64,000 nt of DNA. Source: Azolla caroliniana. Taxonomy: Eukaryota > Plantae > Polypodiophyta. Under the pieces are notes generated by a model. That model was not told the DNA's origin, made no database searches, and saw nothing but the letters and a program-made list of their open reading frames with translations. Both the position numbers and the translations under genes were made by a program. Location: contig JBHGNT010000005.1 in assembly GCA_043228905.1 (NCBI GenBank), positions 11,160,001 to 11,224,000 of the forward strand, given 5' to 3'. Shown here one piece after another: positions 51,774-64,000 of the stretch (positions are counted from its first letter, which is position 1; each line of letters starts with the position of its first letter).

Positions 51774-54613
51774 TGTTTTGAAAATCAGTCACTATGTGCG
51801 GATCGTGAGGCGGAACCACCGGAGTTATGGACGGAAAGGAAATACGGCTTACACGCACAACACAAGGAAGGCTTACACGAACAAGGCACGAGTATTCGAA
51901 CGTATTTGTGAAAAGGAGAGGTGCATGGGCAAGCCCGAATCAACCCCTAGTCACAAGGTGAACGAAGGCACGTTGTCGTGATGTTCTGTGTCCAATGGGA
52001 GAAATTGTGAAATAGTGTGGCTCCACACACATTATACACATGATTATAAATATGAAAATTAGCCTAGGGTGTGATGACATTCAAGTGCATATAGAAGGGT
52101 GCAAGCAAGATTTGAACCTTACACTTCTAAGATAGGAAGCAATTATCTTACCACTAAAGCTACTACTAAGTGCTTTAGATTTTGTATATTTCCTTCTCAT
52201 ATTTAGTATTCCATAGGAAACAAACATACAAAACCGTGTACACAAAACCATGGTTTTAGCCTATGGTTTTGTGCATGCCACAAGGAAAACCGTGTGCCCG
52301 AAAACCATGGGTTCAAGCCCATGGTTTTGTGCATGTTAGAAGGATAGATAAACCTATAAAAACCCTTGTAAGGCTTGTGTAATGGGGGGGGATCAATCGA
52401 TGGATGAATCAAAAAATCTATAAATCAATCTATTTATCAAATCGAAAATTAATAATAAGAAAACTTAGTTATCTTATTGGTGATGTGTATCTATCTATCT
52501 ATCTATCTTAAAAACTTCCTCAATTTTTGTTTCTCTCTCTCTCTCTCACTCTAATGACATTAGTGCATCACTTTAGCCGCCCATCGTCAATCCTCCATAA
52601 CCACTAGCGGATAAAGGCTTGGTGGTGCTTGTCCGCGCTTGTGACGCGCACATCTTGACGTTTGGCACGTGTGTCACGCGCCACGCGACATCTATTTGGC
52701 AAACCCGACGTGAACAACACAAGGTGGTTATGGGGGCATTACGAATGGAGGATGCGTTCTTGGCAACGTACAACTTAGAGGAGTCGATAAGAATACAAGG
52801 TGGTCCGAGGCTCGTGATGCTTCCATTGGTAAGGAACGCCATCGAAATGATGTTGCATGATGAAAAGGTTAGAGCGTTGGAGTATCTCAAGTTGGCAAGT
52901 CAAGTTGAAAGACTATATCAAGAAGTTCCAGATTTGTACGAAGCGGTTCTGACATCAAGTTTCAGGCCTCAACCTTTTCATAGTTTGCTCAACAGTGACG
53001 ACGATGAAGATGATCAAGATCGGCGTAGTTGTAGTTGTTGTGAACACAAGAGGAGGAATCAAGCTCTTCATGGTTGTGCTAATGAAAAAGCACTCAATGA
53101 AAGTCATGACGGTGAGAGTAGTTGGGATCAAGACTTTCATGGTTTAAAATCTTATGTTAAGTATGATAGGTTTAATGAGAACCACGAACAAGAGGATAAG
53201 AATGAGGTTTAAAAACCTTACATTTAAACGTAATGATGATGATGATTTAGGGGTTGATGATAGTAAGGGAGAGTGTATTATTGATGGTAAGAGTGAGTGC
53301 CATAAGAAGAATGAGGGTTATGATGGTAAAACGTTATGCACTTTTTGTGGATATGGTTATGATAAGGGTAATGATGAGGGTGAGAGTGACGAAGAGGAAT
53401 TGTGTGTTTTAGGTTGCCTTGGTTTTCTTCAGGATAGATTTTATAAGAGTTTCACTAGATCAAATGGTGACATTCATGAGGACATCCATTATGAAAATAG
53501 AATAGGGATTTGTGATGATGAGGACATTCTACAAAAATATGTCCATGATGACGTGGGGTTACATAATGATTACAAGGGTATAAGTATGGAAAATCTAGAA
53601 AATATTATTTGGGATGAGTATCGTGATGATGTTGATGTTGTGAGTATGTGTGGGAAGGACAGGATTAAAGATGATAGTATTGAGGATAATCTACAAAATG
53701 TTAGGATGGTTTGGGATGTGTCTAATGATAATGTTGATGTTGTGAGCATGAGGAAAAGCAAGCATTAGATGAGAAAAGATGATCCGAGGAAGTTTGATGA
53801 CCAAGGAGATGGTCGAGATGAAGGTGGCACATGTACGATACATGAAGAGTTACGCTCAGGAGGAGCAAAAGGCGGTACGACAAGTGGTCATGGAAATGCG
53901 AAAGGCGATCGAATGATATGGTTGATCGGGTGGAAGGAATGCATGTACTCAAAATGGAGGACAAAGGACGACGCGTAAGGAAGGAGGAAATCAAAGACAA
54001 ACCACCTTTTGATTCTGCCACATCACTCTTTTCTTCTTGGCACATGCTGGAGGATGTGCGGTTTGGTGGGGGTGGATGTCGTGATGTTCTGTGTCCAATG
54101 GGAGAAATTGTGAAATAGTGTGGCTCCACACACATTATACACATGATTATAAATATGAAAATTAGCCTAGGGTCTGATGACATTCAAGTGCATATAGAAG
54201 GGTGCCAGCAAGATTTGAACCTTACACTTCTAAGATAGGAAGCAATTATCTTACCACTAAAGCTACTACTAAGTGCTTTAGATTTTGTATATTTCCTTAT
54301 CATATTTAGTATTCCATAGGAAACAAACATACAAAACCGTGTACACAAAACCATGGTTTTAGCCTATGGTTTTGTGCATGCCACAAGGAAAACCGTGTGC
54401 CCGAAAACCATGGGTTCAAGCCCATGGTTTTGTGCATGTTAGAAGGATAGATAAACCTATAAAAACCCTTGTAAGGCTTGTGTAATGGGGGGGATCAATC
54501 AATGAATGAATCAAACAATCTATGTATCAAATCGAAAATTAATAATAAGAAAACTTAGTTATCTTATTGGTTATGTGTATCTATCTATCTATCTATCTTA
54601 AAAACTTCCTCAA

Positions 54614-54669
<56 letters not shown>

Positions 54670-55811
54670 GAATGACATTAGTGCATCACTTTAGCCACCC
54701 ATCATCAATCCTCCATAACCACTAGCGGATAAAGGCTCGGCGCTTGTCTGCGCTTGTGATGCGCACATCCCGACGTTTGGCACGTGTGTCATGCGCCACA
54801 CGACAACGTGAGGAAGGCTTACACACAGACACACAAGGAAAAGGCTTACTTACACACACGAGAGAGAGAGTTTCAAATGCCTTTGTGAAAAGGGAGGTGC
54901 ATGGGCAAAGCCCGAACGCTCCCTTTTTACAAAACACGTGAACACACAAGCAAGGTTTATACACGGGAGACACAATTTCGAACGCCTTTGTGAAAGGAGA
55001 GGTGCATGGGCAAGCCCGAACGCTCCCTTGCCACAAGTCGCACGAATGCACAAGCAGGGTTTACACATGGGAGAAACAATTTCAAACACCTTTGTGAAAG
55101 GAGAGGTGCATGGGCAAGCCCGAACACTCCCTTGCCACAAGTCGCACGAACATACAAGCAAGGTTTATACATGGGAGAAACAATTTCGAACGCCTTTGTG
55201 AAAGGAGAGGTGCATGGGCAAGGCCAAAACGCTCCTTAGTCACAAGTTGCACGAACACACAAGCAAGGTTTATACAAACGACGATAACATATAAGACATG
55301 TAGGTTTGAATGCCTTTGTGAAAGGAGTGGTGCATGGGCAAGCCCGAAATGCTCCCTTGTCACAAGACACACAAACAAATAAGCAAAAATGATGATAACA
55401 AATAAGCACAATCAAGATTTACACACAAGACAAGTAGGTGAAAGAAAACATTAGTTTATATCCATATAATAGATTCTTTTATAATATAGGAATCATGTTA
55501 CAATGGGTTGGATGCGAATATGAAGGATTGTTTATAAATGAATGGGGGAAGAGAGGTGGAGGAAAGAAGAGAGTGGAGTATAGAAGGAGTTTCTTTGTTG
55601 ATGATGCCTCTCGATGTTGTTGATCCTTATTCTTCCACTTTCCAATTGAGTAGAGCTTCCGTGTTCCTTCTCCCTCCCCCCCTTCTTCACTAGAATAGGC
55701 TCTTATTTATAGGTTTAGGATTGCTTGCCTTTTTCCCCTAAAAAAAGCTTGTCTATATGAGTCGACTTTTCTTTTCCTCACTATTTCTGTTTTCTAGACC
55801 CAAATTTCACA
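51774..55811. repeat. Probable LTR-like repeat containing ~104-bp tandem units; hosts the nested element 51974-54805
   Basis: TG..CA ends; unit TTTCGAACGCCTTTGTGAAAGGAGAGGTGCATGGGCAAGCCCGAA at ~51895, 54870, 54976, 55080, 55184 and 55305. Confidence 0.5.
51974..54805 (+). mobile_element. Complete non-autonomous LTR element (family E), TSD ACGT
   Basis: LTRs 51974-52690 and 54077-54805 (TGTCGTG...CGACA) are near identical; ACGT at 51970-51973 and 54806-54809; pre-LTR motif GGAGGATGTGCGG shared with 13801; no pol. Confidence 0.93.
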
Positions 55812-57389
55812 TGGACGTATATGCATCACAAATGACATCAAATAACTTCGGTAATGTGAAAGCATCATATCGAGACAACTGTCTAGAGAATGTACTGAAC
55901 ATTTGATCAATATGGTCATGTGTGTGACCAACCAGAAGGAAGTTAACTTTAACTTTCCTAAAACACTCCTTGTCCCACCAACATGCTCAAATATCCGAAG
56001 ACAGTTGAATTCTTGTTCTCCCTAGCAGTGTTGTCCAATTGAATGTACAGAATAGGGGGCAATGGGAGCCCCCAATTCATCAGAACACTTTGAATCATAG
56101 TAACTGTTAGGTTGGGGTTGTTTTGGACATTCAGGTAAGTAATGAAGACGTGAGGTTTAACTGTCCCATTATATGCCAAACAACCCACCAAGTGTATCTG
56201 AACGAGACATTCACCATTGATGTCTTTCGGAAGCCTCCTAAGGTGAGGTAGACATGTCTTCTTTTGGTCCATACCATCAATCATTAGACACATATATTGT
56301 TTCAGTTTCATCCGCGCCTTCTCTCTGTGGTGCATTGCTTTTTTCCGCTCCAATGCTTGCGCTTCTCGATGGTCCTGTAACAAATGTTTATTGATGTCCT
56401 TCTCCTTTGTTGTTTTGGCACCTTTGGTCATGCTCTTCCGGTTTGCACAAATAGAACAATACCCCATACGTACTTTCCGAGGTAAGACAACATTAGTGAA
56501 TTGTGTTGACCGCAATCTTGTGAACTGATTGTAGGTGACATATTTATCACTTGACGTTAACATATCCGATCTATAGGCATCATATACTTCTCGTTGTGTG
56601 TAATTATCTGAAAGATGCAACCTACCAGTAGTTGGCATTACTTCATAATTAAGGTTGAAGTAGTTCTTCATCCAACAAATTGCATTTTTTCCGCCATCAA
56701 CACCGAGATCGCCATTGAGAATTCGTTGTTGCACTTTATATAATCTCATGTTGCTAACACATAACGAAATCTTGAATGCCACTCTACAACATTGTAGTCC
56801 ATAGAAGATATAATACTCAAATGAGATCTTAATGTTTTGACATTATGTCCTTCACCATTTGCATCTTCGTTGCAAGATAAGTATCTTGCTCATCACTAGT
56901 GAGTGAGAAATAGTATCGCCTTAATGACCGCAACTTATCCTTTCCAATAGCAGACATGCACCCACGTGCACAACAATCTTTGCTAATATCTACTATGAGT
57001 TGGTTCTCGGATGTCACAAGGGCAAACCTATCTCGACTGTTTTGACGTGGAACCCTCGTAAAATGCATAAGACTTGCCGACTGGATTTCTTCTACACATA
57101 CATTTGTTGGCTCATTTTGTTCATTTACTTCGGAAAGTGCAAGACCAGCAACACTTGTGGTAGCTTGATTGTCATTCTCTTCATAGGTTAGATCCTCATT
57201 GTAGTTGTACTCATCAATCGAGAACTCATGACTTAGGGCGATAGTTGATGGTGACTGATTATTTGGTGTCCACGTGCAATATTCTTCGAAAGAAAAAGGT
57301 GATCTTATCGAAATAGGATATTCATCCACTGAAAATGGTGAGTTTTGGCTCATTCTCTCAAACTCCGAAGATCCTCTCAAACGATTCAC
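55812..57389 (-). pseudogene. Sola-like (DUF7869-type) RNase H-fold DDD transposase
   Basis: CCARGC, CRVAF, CSIC, then IDGMDQ, LDNTARENKN and, after a frameshift at ~55960, VNFLLVGHTHDHIDQMFS; superfamily assignment is from motif recall. Confidence 0.8.
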
Positions 57390-57914
57390 TATTGTTCAAA
57401 TGAGGTGTTGTTGTACAATATAAGAGAGCATACAACAAATGACATAAGCTAAACACATACCTATAAATATAAAAATATAATTAAAATAAATCACATTATA
57501 TATATATATATAGTCATATATGTATATAAATATTTACATTATAAGTATATATAGCTAACTAACTATGTAACTAACTAACTATATAACCAACTGAGCTCAA
57601 GTTTTAACTAACCTCACCTAATTTTTTGTACCCTATATATAATCGTGCTCTTTCGTTTTTCCCCATAGAGCGCGAGAGAGAACACGAGATAGGACAATGT
57701 GTTAGACCAATGAGTGAGAGAGGAGAGCATACAACCCACGAGCGTGACAATCCACGAGAGGGGATCATCATTGCTGCAACGACCATGCACCAGACACTTC
57801 ACGACCATGTCCTCCAAGAAGATGTCATGATCGGATTCTAGGTATGTAACCCTAATCTGTACAAACACCTTCTCATTCATATCATTCTCCATGTATGGCA
57901 ATGTAAGCAACTCG

Positions 57915-58772
57915 ATATTTGGTATCGAGTTGCTCCCCCTTTAGACCCTGTGTGGGCCCCAACTCAATACGAGTGAGAAGTCCATCTACATTAGGTTTAT
58001 CTCCGATCCATGGTCGATCAATGCTACTACCGGCTCTACACATCATCGATCCGGACCGGCATCTCCGTCATAGCCCTTACCCAATGTGGTCTCATGTAGT
58101 GGCTTTCGGCATATTTGTCTTTTACCGTCACTTCATCGATCAACGTCGTCCTCACCTTGACCGGCTTCTCCGGTTCAGGCTCCGACAATGCAAATTTGTT
58201 TCTGTTGAGCTTCTCGGTAGGAAGAGCGCTACCCATCTAAGTGTTCATGTCGAACTTCTTCTTCTTCTTCTCTTTGATACGAACTGTGCAAATTGCTACT
58301 ACAACGGTCATCCTGTTCTTTCCAAGTGCGGGCTTGGGCACAACACACGTAAAGGCAATGGGCTTGGATCAAGCTTCCACACACTCTGATACCATGTAAA
58401 GAATCGGTGATGATTCTGTGCAGCGGAAGAACTGTGTGTGTGTGTGTGTGTGTAGAGAGAGGGGGGGAGAGAGAGAGAGAGAGAACTCATTAGTTACAAC
58501 AAAACAATAAAATTGTATTAACAAGAAGCAAGAATAAGCCAACAACTACAAAGAGAAGGAGAAGGTGCTTTTGTAGTCATCTTCTCTCTAGGTTCTCTCA
58601 CTAGAGTCGACTCTTGGGAAAGAGGTTGAGTCTTAACTACTTAATGAATATGTGTCATAGGATATTAACTTCTGTGACACACTAGTTATTATACAAGGAG
58701 GTGGGGTGGTCACACACTTGAGTATCCTAGAGTGTGTTCCCACACACAGGAAGTTGAGTTCGATTCTGAACA
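57915..58772 (-). mobile_element. Family C-like LTR (58395-58772) with Met PBS and a short mixed internal remnant
   Basis: CTCTGATACCA then TGTAAAGAATCGG as at 7861-7885; ends TTCTGAACA; a HWVRAMTE fragment resembles gypsy polyprotein. Confidence 0.75.
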
Positions 58773-59009
58773 TCTTCGTATTGCTAAGTTTTTTCGGTAC
58801 TCATGTGTTGTAGGTTCCTTAATAGCCTTTGATTTTCTTGTTCTAATGCTACAAACTTAGTTGTGATCATGTCGAGCTCAGAAAGTACACACATATATTC
58901 TTGCTTGCTAACGGACTCCATAACTTATGAGAGAAGGGGAAAAGAAAGAAGAAAACTAGCTAGGGTTCTTGGAAGAGGAAGAAAAGAAGGGGATAATTTT
59001 GGTACAAAC

Positions 59010-60151
59010 TGTCGTGACTTGTGCGCATGAGAGAAAAAGAAAGTAGAAAGAAATAAAGATAGAATGTAGAGTGAGAGCGAAAGAAAGAAAATAGGAAATG
59101 GAAATGAGTTTATATTATAAGAGAATAAGAGTTACAAAAGGTAGGCTAATGGCCTAAAGATTGGTGTTGAACCGAAATGAGTTCTGATGAAGGAGTAAAC
59201 ACTTATTTATAGGTTCTTATGGAGTATTCTAGAACGTTCTAGAGTATTTTAAATATTTAAGATATTCAAGATAATCACGAAATATTCTAGAATATGCTAA
59301 ATTTCTTCCAATGATTAATAATATAGTTATTATAACTATACATCGTATATGTTATCATAATGCTCAAGGGTTTGACATGTATACAATGTTGAGGAATCGA
59401 TGCGGAATAGATCACAATAAACGAACTACACGCTGAAATACGAATTACAGAAATACACCCGAAAGACAAGATAAACAGATGTACATAGAGATTTACGTGG
59501 AAGCCCTAAAACGGGGAAAACCACGGGAACAGATTCTTCACTATACAAATAGTGGATATACAATAGCGAGAAGATTACAACACTCTCTCACGAGTGCATC
59601 AGCCGCACAGGGCTCTTCGTGTCTACTGTTACACACACAGCGATAGCGCGGCTCTTCCTTCTTCTCTCACACTCTCTCTTCCTCTATTCTACACTTTGTT
59701 CTTACACAGTTCTGCACACACATATAAAGTTTGCCCTAGTTGTATATATACTTACACAAATTTCTGGCTACTTACATACGTAGCCCTCATGGGGCGCACA
59801 CTTAGACTATTTACAAGTATAGTCACTCGAGTTGGCTATTTACACGATTCCGGTTTCAGCCTCGGCCGAGTCCCTCATCAACTCGGCTCCACTCTCTCCC
59901 CGTCCAGAGAGACTTGTTTCCTAACATCATCATCATTATTACCATAATAATAATCGTCAAATCTTCAAACAGTCGACTCACTGTTTTCGACTCTTCGATT
60001 GTCGGCTTTCCGAACAGTCGGATCTTCCCTGTCATCGACTATCGGCTTTCCGATCAGTCGGTTCTTCCTCCCACTGGAGGGACATATTCCCAACATACAA
60101 AGGGGTTGTGAGTTTGAACCCTTATAAGCCCAAATGTAGGTCTTCATGACA
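59010..60151 (-). repeat. Chromovirus 3' LTR with PPT, interrupted by a solo LTR
   Basis: ..CATGACA at 60151 followed by CTATCTCCACTTTT; reverse complement matches the 47747 start and 19400-19560. Confidence 0.75.
59387..60095 (-). repeat. Solo LTR (family B), 5-bp TSD TACAA
   Basis: TGTTGAG...CCCAACA flanked by TACAA at 59382-59386 and 60096-60100. Confidence 0.9.
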
Positions 60152-60215
60152 CTATCTCCACTTTTCAAAGGCATTCGAGGATGAAAATTAAAGGCTACTC
60201 GGGGACCTACAACAC

Positions 60216-60491
60216 GTGAGTACCGAGAAAGCTCAACAATATGAAGAGTTATCACAATGGGTTCACCAACTCGAGGCTACTATATTGTCATTACGAGAAC
60301 AAACGTTGGGGGTTCAAAACTCCCCTGGAGAACCAAAGATTAGCCTCCCTACCAAGTTTGATGGTACGAGGTCTCTATTTCAAAGCTTTTTGAATCAAGT
60401 ATGTTTGGTTATTCAGTTACATCCCAATCAGTACCCAATTGACGTTGCTCGTGTGGGATTAGTAGGAACCTTGCTAACTAGTCAAGCCTAA
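60216..60491 (+). pseudogene. Chromovirus gag N-terminal fragment
   Basis: EPKISLPTKFDGTRS.F..FLNQ motif. Confidence 0.75.
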
Positions 60492-60750
60492 ACCAGTTTG
60501 GGAGTTTCCAAACCTAAACTGAATGGATTCCTAAACCAATTTAGGCTAACCGATTTAGGAACCAATTTACCCAAGACAATTAAGCCTTAATCGACTTGGT
60601 AATCGTTTTGGCTTGGCTTGGCTTGAGCCATCCTAAACCAAGCTCAAACCTTTTAAGGAAGCTCAAGCCTAAACTGAACCGAACCAAACCGCCAAACAAT
60701 TTAAAAATTGTTTAACAATTCGATTCAAGCTTGAGCTCAGCCGTTATCGA
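60490..60750. repeat. Degenerate AAACC(G/A)A-rich MITE-like remnant
   Basis: Repeated AAACCGAACC/GGCTT motifs; ends not resolved. Confidence 0.45.
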
Positions 60751-61055
60751 CTCCTAAGCACATAGATGCATTAAGAAGTATCCACATGAGAAGGCCACCC
60801 ATGGGAAATTTGGATGCATCTTGAACACAGGAAATGAGAATAACCGAACATACCTAGGCGAAGGAAGAGTTTGGGGATAGAAAAAAGAGAAAGAAAACAT
60901 ATGGGCATTAGTTGAGACCAGGATCAAACACCATAACTAGACCTACGGTGTGTAGAGATAAGAATATCACGTGTTCTTTCGGTGAAAACTTACAAGGGCA
61001 ATCTCACCTCCTACAGACCATTTCTGGCAAAGAAAAAGAGAGATCTTGTCGAGAG

Positions 61056-61583
61056 TAACAATCGGCAACGGTTCGGTTCGGTTCGGTTCGAGAGGGTCCA
61101 AACCAAACCGGTTTGAAACCGAACCGTTTAGAGATGTTGAAACCTGAACCGAACCGAATCACGAAACTACTAAACCGAGCTATTGAAAAAGATTCAAACC
61201 GTTAAGCCATTAAACCGGTAAAACCGTTGTTTCATGGTTCGGTTTCGATTTTCAAGTTGGGTCAAATTTTTTATTTTTTATTTTTAAAATTTTCATTATT
61301 TGAATTATTTGAATTTTAAAATTTTTCCAAAAATGTGAGAATAAGGCATGAAAATGAAAAGATTATTTTAAAACAATTTTTTTTCGTTTTTTAAATTTTT
61401 TTTTAATTTAAAAAAAATAAGAAACTGTTAACCGTTTAAACCGCGGTTTTTAAATGTTGAAACCAAACCGAACCGTATTAAAAAACCCGAACCTGAACCG
61501 AACTAAACTTTCTAAACCGTTAAGCCGTTAAGATGCGGTTTCACGGTTCGGTTCGGTTCAAACCGAACCGTTGCCGATTGTTA
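61056..61583. mobile_element. hAT-type MITE, 528 bp
   Basis: TIR TAACAATCGGCAACGGTTCGGTT; perfect 8-bp TSD GTCGAGAG (61048-61055, 61584-61591); subterminal AACCG repeats. Confidence 0.93.
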
Positions 61584-62649
61584 GTCGAGAGGACATGTCT
61601 CTTCATGTATCCAAAAGAAGGTGAGAGGAATTCAAAATAGATACAATGGAAACACGAAGGGAAGAGGAGACATTTTGTTCACAAGTTCAAATTTGGTTTT
61701 TGCATTCACCCCCATAGACATGTTTTTCTATGAGGCGGTTGGACGAACTATCCTCGCTGCAACATTCATCTTCCTCTCTTCTTTCTCACTCTTTACCTCT
61801 GTTTATCTTCAAACCGATACATTGTATCATGGGAAACAATAAGAGGACCAGGTATGTGTAGCAGCATTTTTTAGTGTCTTTATGTGATCATTCAAAAGAA
61901 AACAATCCTGAAATGTAACCTTGACTTGGGTTAGACTATTCATGCTCTCCACCTTCCTTCCTTCCTCTCAGGTTGTATTCGATGACACTCTCGACTTTGA
62001 CACCTCTCCAATCACACACCCTCACCTATATTTTGTCATTTAAGAATTTCCTTCTTAAGGCTTTTGTTACTTGAGTCACTTTGCGGCGAGGTGTCATCCA
62101 TTAGTATCAACATGCTCCCGATGAGGCCCACATGCTAATGATTCCTCTATTTCCTAAACATGAAAGCAATAGATATCAGTTGAGGACTAAGTATGACGGT
62201 ACTTTGTCTTTTTCCACTCCAATCTTGTAGGACAATGGCATCACCTTGTGATACTCCTAAGGGCATAACTCATGCATCTAGTGGTGTGACCCCTACGTGT
62301 CTCTAGAAATAGCATCATCTTATGCCTAAACAATCATTCGTCATGACATTGAGTCTGAACAAATTATTTGCATGTTGTCAAGTGGGGAGGCATCCAAAAT
62401 GTTTCCATGTTTTGAATGAAATGGCCAAGACATGCACACATATGTCTACGAAGTCCATTGCAGATTTGTCCTCCATTCCCCATCGAAAGTACAATAATCA
62501 ATTACTAATTGTGCTATTGTGTATTATTGAAAGAAAACACGCTTTATGTTTGTCATAGTTTTGCTTCAACATGTTTACATCCACCTAGGATTGGGCATTT
62601 TTTTATCTCATTTGCAAATTTTGTTAGTAGAATTGTATAAGTAGCACAA

Positions 62650-63660
62650 CAAGTAACATCTGTATTGAAATTTGCCCATAACATCCTTTAAGTTTACTCT
62701 TGTTTCTAAACTCCAGAAGTTCTTGGCCAACTAATGTACACAAAGGTCCCTTCACCTTTGAGTATTAGATTTTTCCTAGATCCTTGAGATGAAAAAAGAA
62801 ACAAATCCATATTGCCTTCTTCAATATGTTCGTCTTTAACTTTGTTGTCAAGTCACATTTTCCTTGGTGCTTTTTCAATGATAAGTGCTTGAAGAGCCAA
62901 GAGCCTTGTTTAAGATTTTCTAATCATGTTGTCGGGTGGATTTTGATGTAATCTTTCACAAACGGCCACTCGAGGATTGGATATTATCAACAATGCTAGC
63001 ATTACAACCTCTCATTCTCGACTAGTTGAAATGGGGTATGACATGTGGAAACTTTGTACAACATGAAGATTGCTCATAAAAACTACATGAAGCTTATGCT
63101 CCCAATCTAACCTCAGCGCAACAATGATTTTTATGAGGATGTTACATAGAATCTTGTTCGACCTCTCGGCCTAACTATTATATGAGCTATAATTCTTGTA
63201 TATTACCATGAATTTCCCAAAAAGGTAAGTGACTACTTAATTTAAGAAGTGAGACCCTTTTCAGTAACTAGTTCTAATGGGTAGCCGAAAAATATGACAA
63301 TATTTTTATAGAACATTTGTTGTGGTTTGAGCTATCATCACTCCTTGCACAATCTTTCTCTTCCACCCATTTGGTGTAGTAATCCATGGTTGTGATGATG
63401 TAGCATGTTCCACTAGAAGTTGGATTGATGGGTCTTACATAATCCATTCCCATTTTTTAAAGGCTTGCTATGCTATGCAAGTTGTACATGGTTTTAATAA
63501 ACTTCAGGTGGATGTTTGTGTCATTTGACATTAGCCACACCTTTTCACATACTTTATGTTCACATTGTAAAAATTTATTCGTTGTCCAAAAGCATAAATT
63601 TAAGACATTTTCATAAATCCATATAATATTATAGATGTCATGTATGTTTTTAATAGCTTG
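62650..63660 (-). pseudogene. Highly degenerate gypsy integrase
   Basis: GMDYVRPINPTSSGTCYII..DY.TKWVE and AERSNKIL traces on the minus strand. Confidence 0.65.
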
Positions 63661-64000
63661 CTATAATAATAATAATGTAACATTTACTCACATATCCCCA
63701 AAACATTGTAGATAGTTGATGAAATCCACCGTAGGAAAAAAAATACTAACTCCATAGACCCATATAATATTATAGAAAGATGAACACATATATTATGGCG
63801 TATTCAGTGATCAACCTTACACATATTGTTGTCAATGACCCAATCCTTTTATTTTAGATACCCCTCCAAGCTTCAAACCATTCTCTCCACGTAACCTCTT
63901 CAAAATCAATCTCAATAAACTTAAAATTTTAAAAGAGTTGGTTTTGACCTTATTCATCATAGACAACCATCTTTCACTTACAAATTACAAATTACAAATT

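Noticed and set aside
54810-55400. CRISPR array or repeat-protein ORFs
   Set aside because: Whole units repeat with no unique spacers; the ORFs in several frames are by-products of the repeat.
61600-62600. Possible host gene remnant
   Set aside because: No recognisable motif or consistent reading frame could be established by eye.

Overview
Eukaryotic, transposon-saturated, gene-free region. It is most likely from a non-seed land plant, inferred from Tcn1-like chromoviruses, Met-primed copia elements and short GT-AG introns. Most of the 64 kb is nested, mostly decayed Ty1/copia and Ty3/gypsy LTR retrotransposons, solo LTRs, an L1-type LINE and a hAT-type MITE. The notable content is a family of cut-and-paste DNA transposons with ~34-36 bp TIRs beginning AACAC/AACAT, 4-bp TSDs and a Sola-like (DUF7869-type) DDD transposase. 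This family appears to carry an intron-containing gene that fuses a ParB/Srx-like domain to a bacterial-type beta-class amino (N6A/N4C) DNA methyltransferase. A near-complete pseudogenised copy of the MTase gene lies at 34811-37650 (-). A 3.2-kb TIR/TSD-bounded derivative (24223-27432) keeps the 3' ends of both the putative transposase gene and the MTase gene, pointing outward, around an array of ~45-bp palindromes. All calls come from reading the sequence by eye; no database searches were run.
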